A program made the position numbers and the translations under genes. 64,000 bases of DNA from Vulcanimicrobiota bacterium (GTDB lineage Bacteria; Vulcanimicrobiota; Xenobia; Xenobiales; JADMJV01), in contig JBFWNU010000001.1 of NCBI GenBank assembly GCA_050250895.1, positions 3,840,149 to 3,904,148 on the forward strand. The letters are read 5' to 3'. The notes under the pieces are model-generated. The model was not told where the DNA came from. It did not search any database and saw only the letters and a list, made by a program, of their open reading frames with translations. Shown one piece after another: positions 56,578 through 64,000 of this stretch (position 1 is the stretch's first letter; every line of letters begins with the position of its first letter).

Positions 56578-58275
56578 CTAGGGAAACAGGCCCAACCCCT
56601 CCGGCCGCTTAGGCCTTGAGAAGTCTAGTTCGGCATGCGCTGTGGCCACCGCCCTGCCCCAGAACTCGGGAGGCAGGTCCGGGTGGCGCAGAGCCAGGGG
56701 GTTTAGTGGCGCCAGTAACTTCGCCGGAAGGCCCGTCTGGACACGGTAGATCCCAGCACGTTTATCCCTGAGGTCGTCGCCTTCAAACGGTTTAGTCGAG
56801 AGCAGAGATACGGACACTCTTTCGTCGTGGCCGATGATATCGAAGTCGCTGGTTTCGTCCGAGGCCGAGGCCTGAGCCAGTTTGAGAAGCTCGTAGCGCT
56901 GCTTGACGTGACCACTTGCGAGCGAAGCCGCAGCCCACATCAACACATCTTCAAGACACCCGTCGCCTTTGAACTTCGAGTCACTCAGTTGCATGGCAAA
57001 GGTGGCCGCTGCCGCCGCCAGGTGTTGGTCTGGGGAAGATTGTTCGAAGGCCAGCGCCCTGCCCGGCAACTTCGAAACCAGGCTCTGACTTGAGTCCTGG
57101 TTGGGCTTCTGGTAAGCAACCCTAATTTCACCGAGCGCTCCTTCACCAGCCTTTGCTTCGAGTTCATAGAGAGCGGTGACGGATTGTCCCGCCCCCAGCT
57201 CGCCCCCATCAGCCTTGGGGTCGTCAAAAGCCTGGTCGGCAAGGCGTCGATTTTCATAGCCCATCAAACGATAAGAGGATACCCGACCCGGGTCAAACTT
57301 GACCTGGATTTTGACCTCGCGGGCGACCGTCTCATAGCTCGAATCCATCTGTCGAGCTAACACCTGCCGGGCCCGTTCGAGGGTGTCGAGATAGGCGTAG
57401 TCACCGTCTCCGTGATCGGCGAGATATTCCAGGTTTGTGTCGTTGAGGTTGCCTCGACCTACACCGAGCACGCTTAGAAAGATGTTTTCTTGAGCACTGC
57501 CTTCAATCAACTTGAGTAGTTGGCTGCGCTCAGTCCAGCCCGCATTGAAGTCGCCGTCGGTGGCCAGAATCACGCGGTTGATGGCCAGAGGGTCGAAGTG
57601 TTGGGAGGCCATCTGGTAGGCGGTTCTCAGCCCTCGGCCTCCGTCGGTGGCTCCTCCGGCCTCGAGTCTTTCGAGCGCATCCAGGATTAGGTCGTGGCGG
57701 TCACCGGGTGTGCTGGGCAGATTCACGCCCGAGATGCCGGCATAGGTTACGATGGCTAATCGGTCCTCGGGACCGAGCCGGTTGACCAGAGTCGCCAAAG
57801 CCTGCTGGAGCATCGGTAGGCGGTCCGGGTCGGCCATCGAGCCCGACACGTCGAGCAATAGCACCAGGCGGCGCGGACGCCTAGGCCCCTCGAGTCGCCC
57901 ACGGGCTTGCAGGCCGACGCGCAGGAGCTGATGCTGCGGAGCCCAGGGGCATACACTTAGCTCGGTAGCCAGCGCAATCGGCTGGTCGGCCCCCGGCTGG
58001 GGATAGTCATAGTCAAAGGCGTTGAGAAATTCCTCGAGTCGGATCGCTTCGGCCGGCGGCCGTTGACCCGCCTCGATGAACCGTCGCGCGTTGCTGTAGC
58101 TGGCGGTGTCGACATCGATGGCGAAGGTCGACAAGAACTGTTCGTCGGTCTCCCGATATCCGGTCTCGGGCCGCTTCTCGTAGCGTTCTCCCTGGTAGAC
58201 CACCGTGCGCGGCCCTCCCGGATAGCTGCAGGCCAACCCCAGGGTCAGCAAAGCGGCGGCGAAATGACGGCGCAT
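56578..58275 (-). CDS. YfbK-like vWA domain lipoprotein
   Basis: GLA-C lipobox; STFAIDVDTASY, DVSGSM MIDAS, ATDGDFN, GYENR; coupled to the upstream paralog. Confidence 0.9.
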   Translation of the reverse strand: MRRHFAAALLTLGLACSYPGGPRTVVYQGERYEKRPETGYRETDEQFLSTFAIDVDTASYSNARRFIEAGQRPPAEAIRLEEFLNAFDYDYPQPGADQPIALATELSVCPWAPQHQLLRVGLQARGRLEGPRRPRRLVLLLDVSGSMADPDRLPMLQQALATLVNRLGPEDRLAIVTYAGISGVNLPSTPGDRHDLILDALERLEAGGATDGGRGLRTAYQMASQHFDPLAINRVILATDGDFNAGWTERSQLLKLIEGSAQENIFLSVLGVGRGNLNDTNLEYLADHGDGDYAYLDTLERARQVLARQMDSSYETVAREVKIQVKFDPGRVSSYRLMGYENRRLADQAFDDPKADGGELGAGQSVTALYELEAKAGEGALGEIRVAYQKPNQDSSQSLVSKLPGRALAFEQSSPDQHLAAAAATFAMQLSDSKFKGDGCLEDVLMWAAASLASGHVKQRYELLKLAQASASDETSDFDIIGHDERVSVSLLSTKPFEGDDLRDKRAGIYRVQTGLPAKLLAPLNPLALRHPDLPPEFWGRAVATAHAELDFSRPKRPEGLGLFP

Positions 58276-60149
58276 CAGCGGGCCGCCCGATCGAGTTCCA
58301 GCGAGCGAGCCAACTCCACCAGGCGCACGAACTCGTGGCGGTCTCCCGAACGGTCGCGACCGACCGACTCCGAGGCCCAATTCGCCACTTTGCCCAACTC
58401 GGCCGAGCCCTTGTGCTCGGACTCGCGCATCACCATCCCGAAGGCCGCCACCGCTGTGGCGAATCGATGGTCGAGCGAGGCCTGTTCAAAGGCCAAGAGT
58501 CTCTCTTTGATGGGAATGGCCATCACGCGGCTGGTATCCTCATCAGGCAATTTGTAGCGCAATTTGACCTGGGCCAACTCATCGGCGTGAGCCTGGTTGG
58601 GCTGGCGGGCGCTCTGATAGCGCAAAGGCTGGTCCTGGCCGGGCTTACCAGCCGGAACCAGCTCATAGAGGGCGGTCACCGAGTGGCCGGCACCCAGTTC
58701 GCCGGCGTCCTTCTTGTCGTTGTCGAAGTCTTCGTCTTCGAGCCGTCGGTTCTCATAGCCGACCAGCCGATACGAGCTGACCTGGGTGGGGTTGAACTCG
58801 ACCTGCAGCTTGACATCCTTGGCGATGGTCACCAGAGTCGAGCCGGCCTCGCGCACCAACACCTTCTGGCCCTCCATCAGGCTGTCGATGTAGGCATAGT
58901 TGCCGTTGCCTTTGTCGGCCAGCTGCTCCATCGTGGAGTCTTTCAAATTGCCGGTGCCAAAGCCGAGCACCGTCAAGAAGACCCCGCTCTCGCGCTCTTG
59001 CTCGATGAGCCGCTCGAGCGACCCGCGGTCGGTGATACCCACGTTGAAATCGCCGTCGGTAGCCAGAATGACGCGATTGATGGCTCCCGGCTTGAAGTTC
59101 TCGCGGGCTACCTGATAGGCCAGTGTGATTCCGTCCGCGCCGTTCGTCGACCCGCCCGCTCGCAGGTTGTTGATGACGGCCTCGATGGTCTCTTGCTGGT
59201 CGCCCGAGGTGCTGGGCAAAGCCAATCCCTCGGCGCCCGCGTAAACCACGATGGCGATCCGGTCCTGGTCATCGAGCTTCTTCACCAGGAGCCCCAGGGC
59301 TCGTTGTAGCAACGGCAGCTTGTCAGGGCTTTGCATCGAGCCCGAGATGTCGATCAAAAAGACCAGGTTGCGGGGCGGGGTCGCTCCCTCTTTGATACGC
59401 CGTCCCTGCAGCCCAATGCGCAGTAGCTGGTGATCGGCGTTCCACGGGCATTCGCTCAACTCGGTGTTGACGGCAAACGGCACCGGGCCTTGCGGTTCGG
59501 GATAATCATAGCTGAAGTAGTTGACCAGCTCTTCGATGCGCACGGCATCTTTGGGAGGCTTGTTCCCGTCGTTGAGAAATCGCCGCAAATTGGCATAGCT
59601 GGCCGTATCGACGTCGATCGAGAAAGTCGACAGCGGTCGCTTGGCCACCTCACGATAACCGGTCTCTCCCACGTAGTCATAGCTCTCGGTATTGAACTCG
59701 CCGGGACTCGCCACTTTGACGGGGCGAGGGGTCGGACGGCGGGCGGCTGCCGGGGGGGCCGGCGCATCGGCGCTTGGGGCGGGCGGTGTGTATTCTTTCG
59801 CACGTCTCGCGTCGAGGATGTCGTCGGGAATCTCGCTGAGCTTCTCGGGTGTAGCCACCACGACGGTGTGCTCGAGGATCTTGTAGTCGTACTCCTGGGT
59901 CAGCGAGGCAAAAAGCTTCTGGAGAGCGCTCTCGGCGGGTTCGTCCTGGAACGAGATGGTCACGGTGCCTTGAACGGTTGGACCGACAAAGACGTTGCGG
60001 TTCATAGCCTTGGCGATGCACTTGATCACGTAGACTATATCGGCATTGACGAACTCGGCCGTGATGCGGCCGTCCTTATAGGTCGGCTCAGCGCCGGCCA
60101 GGGTCGTCAGCACGAGCACTGAGAGCAGAGTTAGAACGAGTTTTCGCAT
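58275..60149 (-). CDS. YfbK-like vWA protein with N-terminal secretin-N0/STN-like domain
   Basis: Signal peptide; ITAEFVNADI..VGPTVQGTVTI; STFSIDVDTASY, DISGSM, TDGDFNVG, GYENR. Confidence 0.92.
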   Translation of the reverse strand: MRKLVLTLLSVLVLTTLAGAEPTYKDGRITAEFVNADIVYVIKCIAKAMNRNVFVGPTVQGTVTISFQDEPAESALQKLFASLTQEYDYKILEHTVVVATPEKLSEIPDDILDARRAKEYTPPAPSADAPAPPAAARRPTPRPVKVASPGEFNTESYDYVGETGYREVAKRPLSTFSIDVDTASYANLRRFLNDGNKPPKDAVRIEELVNYFSYDYPEPQGPVPFAVNTELSECPWNADHQLLRIGLQGRRIKEGATPPRNLVFLIDISGSMQSPDKLPLLQRALGLLVKKLDDQDRIAIVVYAGAEGLALPSTSGDQQETIEAVINNLRAGGSTNGADGITLAYQVARENFKPGAINRVILATDGDFNVGITDRGSLERLIEQERESGVFLTVLGFGTGNLKDSTMEQLADKGNGNYAYIDSLMEGQKVLVREAGSTLVTIAKDVKLQVEFNPTQVSSYRLVGYENRRLEDEDFDNDKKDAGELGAGHSVTALYELVPAGKPGQDQPLRYQSARQPNQAHADELAQVKLRYKLPDEDTSRVMAIPIKERLLAFEQASLDHRFATAVAAFGMVMRESEHKGSAELGKVANWASESVGRDRSGDRHEFVRLVELARSLELDRAAR

Positions 60150-60214
60150 ATAGAGCCCCCTGTCGCGGTAGGCTTCCGCTTACGCTCGCCCCAATCCTTC
60201 GCGCAGGGGTGGCC

Positions 60215-60825
60215 CGGCACGTGACAGCGCCGGATTCGGCATCTGGTGGTGTCTTACTCGGGGCTTGGCGGGCCGGGGTGAGTACGGCACGTGGTAGCGC
60301 CGAATTCGGCACCTGGTGGTGCCGTACTCGAGGCTTGGCGGGCTGGGGCGGTGTACGGCACGTGACAGCGCCGGATTCGGCACCTGGTGGCGCCGTACTC
60401 GGGGCTTGGCGGGGCCGGGGTGAGTACGGCACGTGGTAGCGCCGAATTCGGCACCTGGTGGTGCCGTACTCGGGTTGGCCGGCCCGGCGGTGTACGGCAC
60501 GTGGTAGCGCCGGATTCGGCACCTGGTGGTGCCGTACTCGGGTTGGCCGGCCCGGTGGATGGTCCGGCAGGTGACAGCGCCGGGTTCGGCACCTGGTGGT
60601 GCCGTACTCGGGGCTTGGCGGGGCCGGGGCGAGTACGGCACGTGGTAGCGCCGAATTCGGCACCTGGTGGTGCCGTACTCGGGGCTTGGCGGGCTGGGGC
60701 GGTGTACGGCGCGTGGTAGCGCCGGATTCGGCACCTGGTGGTGTCTTACTCGGGGCTTGGCGGGGCCGGGGTGAGTACGGCACGTGGTAGCGCCGAATTC
60801 GGCACCTGGTGGTGCCGTACTCGGG
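60215..60825. repeat. Tandem array of nine ~71-bp palindromic units
   Basis: Core GAGTACGGCAC-gtggtagc-GCCGAATTCGGC-acctggtg-GTGCCGTACTC repeated with ~20-nt G-rich linkers. Confidence 0.95.
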
Positions 60826-60875
60826 ATAGTCCGTCATGGTAGCACTCTCGCCCGGCGGCTTGCCGCCCCAGAGTG

Positions 60876-61052
60876 ACGACGCGAAGCGTCGACTACCTCA
60901 AACCTCGAGTTGAGCGACAGCTCAACTCGCTCCCACCTCCGCGAAGCGGCTCCCCCCTCGGCGGCAAAGCCGACGCTCCCACCTCCGCGAAGCGGCTCCC
61001 CCCTCGGCGGCAAAGCCGACGCTCCCACCTCCGCGAAGCGGCTCCCACCTCG
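60876..61052 (-). repeat. REP-like GTRG+hairpin repeats including a 46-bp tandem unit
   Basis: gctcccacctccgcgaagcggctcccccctcggcggcaaagccgac at 60929 and 60975, partial at 61021. Confidence 0.85.
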
Positions 61053-61073
61053 CCGGCGCAGCCGGCGCTGCTG

Positions 61074-64000
61074 CTAGTCGTCGGGGCCGCGCAGGGCCAC
61101 GCGAGACACCATCCATTCTTTGAGGTCGTCGATGTAGGTGTAGACCACCGGCACCACCAGCAGGGTCAGCATCGTCGAGGTGATCAGGCCGCCGATCACG
61201 GCTACCGCCATCGCCTGGCGCACCTCGGCGCCGGCTCCGATACCCATTGCGATGGGCATCATACCGGCGATCATGGCTACCGTAGTCATGAGGATCGGTC
61301 GCATGCGGGCGTCGCCCGACTGGACCACGGCCTCTTCCCGTGGCACCCCGCGCTCCTGGGCCATAATGCAATAGTCGACCAGCAAGATAGCGTTCTTGGT
61401 GACCAGGCCCATCAACATCACGATGCCGATGAGGGCATACAGGCCCAGCGCCTGGCCGGCCAGGATGAGAGCGACCAGGGCACCACCGATCGACAGCGGC
61501 AGACTGAGCATGATGGTGACCGGGTGCAGGAAGTCGGCGTAGAGCAGCACCAGCACGCCATAGATGAGCAGCACGGCCGCGGCCATGGCGAAGGCGAATC
61601 CCTGAAAGACGTCGCGCTGAATCTCGGCGTCGCCGGCGGGTTGCTCGCGCACCGTGTCGGGCATCGCCTTGAATTCGGGCAATTTGTGGACCGCCTCGAG
61701 GGCTTCGCCCAGGGCCACGCCCTTGACCATGTTGGCTTGGATTTTGACCTGACGACGACGGTCGAAACGGTCGATCTGGGCCGGCCCATAGCCCGGCAGA
61801 ATTTCGGCCACGGCGCTCAGGGGGACCAGCTTTCCGCCGGCTCCCACCACCTTGAGGTTCTGCAGGGTCTCGAGGCTGGTGCGACGCTCAGGGTCGAGCT
61901 GAACGCGGATGGAGATCTGGCGACCGGGGAGGTCGAACTTGGCCATGTTCTGTTCTTGATCGCCCAGGGTGGCCAACTGGGCGGTGCGAGCGATCTGGGC
62001 GACGGTGACGCCTTGCTCGGCGGCGCGGTCGGGGTCGGGCCTGACCAGAAGCTCGGGGCGTTCGAGAGCGGCCGACGATTGGACATCGTAGAGGATGGGT
62101 AGCTGGCGCATGGCCACCAGCAGCTTGTCGGAGTATGGCTCGAGCGACCCGGGGTCGTCGGAGGAGAGCAGGATGGTCAGGGCCCCAGAGAGGCCCTGCG
62201 TCACCCCGAACCGCGTGCGGGCGCCGGCTACTTTCTTGACCTCGGGCAGCAACTGGTGTTCGATCTCTTGCTGCGAGAGGTCGCGTTCGCCACGAGGGGC
62301 GAGTTCAACGAAGAAGGTGGCCTTGTTGACTCCGCCCCCGTCGCCGCCAGAGCGGCCCCTGCTGCTGCTGGGAGAGCCCACGGCTACGAAGACATGCTTG
62401 GTGCCGTCGGGTTTAGCCAGCACTTCGGTCAACTGCTTGGCCACCCGGGTGGTCTCTGCCAGGGTGGTGCCCGGTTGCATCTCTAGACTCATCTGCAGTT
62501 CGCCACGATCGATTTGAGGGATTAGCGACTTGGGGATCAGCGGAAACAGCGACAGGCCGAAGAAGAAGAACACCGCGGCCAGAAAGGTGGTGGCCAGGCG
62601 ATGGTGCAGGGCCCATTTGAGCAGCTTTTCATAGGTCCTCATCACCGCACCCTTGGACTCGTCGTGAGGCGGTATGCCCATAAAATAGGCGCACATCATC
62701 GGGGTCAGCAATCGGGCCACCAACAAAGAGAACCACACGGCCAGGGCCACGGTCACACCGAACTGTTTGAAGAACTGGCCTGGGATGCCGCCCATGAACG
62801 CCACCGGGATGAAGACCGCGATGATGGTGAAGGTGGTGCCCACCACCGCCATCCCGATCTCGTCAGCGGCTTCCAGCGAGGCATTATAGGGCGTCTTGCC
62901 CATGTGGATGTGGCGAACGATGTTCTCGACTTCGACGATGGCGTCGTCGACCAGGATACCGATCACCAGGGCCAGGGCCAGCAAGGACATGTTGTTGAGG
63001 GTATAGCCCAGCACTTTCATCCCGAAGAAAGTCGGGATCATCGAGAGTGGCATGGCCACCGCCGAGATGGCGGCGGCGCGCCAGTCCTTGAGGAAGAGCC
63101 AGATCACCAGAATGGCCAGCGCCGCTCCCAGCATCAAGTGCTCGACGGTGGCGTGATAGGACATCTCGACGAACTTGGCGTTGGTGCGGATGCGGGTGAT
63201 CTTGGTGCCTTCGGGAAGGCTGTCGGAATGCTCGAGCCGATGCAGCTCTTCTTCGACCTTCTCCTGCACTTCGACCATACTCGAGCCGGTACTGCGCACC
63301 ACGCTAAAGGCCACCACCGGCTCGCCATCGAGCAAGGCTGCCTGGCGGGGCTCGCTGGTGCCGTCTTCGATGTGGCCCAGGCGACTGAGGGGGACCGAGC
63401 CGCCTCTGGGTAGCCCGATGGGCAGGTCGCGCAATTGCTGGAGGGTTTGGCGGCTGCCCAGAGTGCGAATGGCTTGCTCGGAGGCGCCGATGTCGCCGCG
63501 CCCCCCGGGCAGGTCGATGTTGCGGCTGCGCAGCTGGGCGTTGACACCATCGACCGTCAGACCGAGGGCTTCGACCTGGACGGGGTCGAGAAAGACGGTG
63601 ATCTGGCGGTCGACACCACCGGCGCGTTGCACCTGGCCAACGCCGCCCACCGAAAGCAGCGAGCGAGAGATCTCGTCGTCGACCAGCCAGGAGAGCTGCT
63701 CGACGTTGAGATTGGGGTTCGAGACGGTATAGGTGGCAAAGGGGCCGCCGGCAAAGTCGACCCGGCTGACGGTGGGCTCGCGCACATCGGCTGGCAGGTC
63801 CTGGCGGATGCGCGAGATGGCATCACGCACGTCGTTGACGGCTCGGTCGGTGTCGGTGCCCAATACGAACTCGATGCTGGTGGTCGAGGCTCCCTCGACG
63901 ACCGTCGAGTTGATGTGCTCGATGTTGCCGATGCCGGCCACGGCGTCTTCGACCTTACGAGTGACCTGGGTCTCGAGCTCGGACGGGGCGGCGCCGACCT
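61074..64000 (-). CDS. RND efflux permease (AcrB/HAE1 family), 5' end outside the window
   Basis: GILVDDAIVEVEN, GLVTKNAILL, RMRPILMT; frame open to the window end. Confidence 0.96.
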   Translation of the reverse strand, partial: VGAAPSELETQVTRKVEDAVAGIGNIEHINSTVVEGASTTSIEFVLGTDTDRAVNDVRDAISRIRQDLPADVREPTVSRVDFAGGPFATYTVSNPNLNVEQLSWLVDDEISRSLLSVGGVGQVQRAGGVDRQITVFLDPVQVEALGLTVDGVNAQLRSRNIDLPGGRGDIGASEQAIRTLGSRQTLQQLRDLPIGLPRGGSVPLSRLGHIEDGTSEPRQAALLDGEPVVAFSVVRSTGSSMVEVQEKVEEELHRLEHSDSLPEGTKITRIRTNAKFVEMSYHATVEHLMLGAALAILVIWLFLKDWRAAAISAVAMPLSMIPTFFGMKVLGYTLNNMSLLALALVIGILVDDAIVEVENIVRHIHMGKTPYNASLEAADEIGMAVVGTTFTIIAVFIPVAFMGGIPGQFFKQFGVTVALAVWFSLLVARLLTPMMCAYFMGIPPHDESKGAVMRTYEKLLKWALHHRLATTFLAAVFFFFGLSLFPLIPKSLIPQIDRGELQMSLEMQPGTTLAETTRVAKQLTEVLAKPDGTKHVFVAVGSPSSSRGRSGGDGGGVNKATFFVELAPRGERDLSQQEIEHQLLPEVKKVAGARTRFGVTQGLSGALTILLSSDDPGSLEPYSDKLLVAMRQLPILYDVQSSAALERPELLVRPDPDRAAEQGVTVAQIARTAQLATLGDQEQNMAKFDLPGRQISIRVQLDPERRTSLETLQNLKVVGAGGKLVPLSAVAEILPGYGPAQIDRFDRRRQVKIQANMVKGVALGEALEAVHKLPEFKAMPDTVREQPAGDAEIQRDVFQGFAFAMAAAVLLIYGVLVLLYADFLHPVTIMLSLPLSIGGALVALILAGQALGLYALIGIVMLMGLVTKNAILLVDYCIMAQERGVPREEAVVQSGDARMRPILMTTVAMIAGMMPIAMGIGAGAEVRQAMAVAVIGGLITSTMLTLLVVPVVYTYIDDLKEWMVSRVALRGPDD

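Noticed and set aside
60215-60825. CRISPR array
   Set aside because: Spacers are ~20 nt and nearly identical, repeats are ~50 nt and degenerate, and there are no cas genes
60088-61028. Repetitive ORFs across the repeat arrays (e.g. 60088-60837)
   Set aside because: The period is not a multiple of 3; the same peptides recur in all frames, which is an artefact of GC-rich repeats

Overview
GC-rich (~65%) bacterial chromosomal segment with about 50 protein-coding genes. I found no rRNA, tRNA, CRISPR array, transposase or prophage. Recognisable genes include ahcY, mqo, a secreted trehalase, an acyl-CoA synthetase, an NSS symporter, an RND permease (runs off the end), an SF1 helicase, two HEPN/MNT pairs, two PilZ proteins, two circularly permuted ATP-grasp ligases and two YfbK-like vWA proteins. 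The gene style suggests a poorly studied lineage such as Ca. Eremiobacterota/Vulcanimicrobiota (inference only). Main findings: (1) a selenoprotein-N-like thioredoxin-fold gene split by an in-frame UGA in a C-U motif, with a candidate SECIS hairpin; (2) eight scattered proteins without signal peptides that share a Pro/Ala-rich leader ending in D-x-[VFLA]-x-[LS], several carrying effector-like cargo (protein-glutamine deamidase, arginine deiminase-like enzyme, lytic transglycosylase, glycine-zipper peptidase), suggesting an undescribed export pathway; (3) a signal-less alpha-2-macroglobulin-like thioester protein carrying two pieces of a PilB/GspE ATPase, one in the bait position; (4) a nine-unit ~71-bp palindromic hairpin array next to GTRG-led REP-like repeats. 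All assignments come from motif reading, not database searches.
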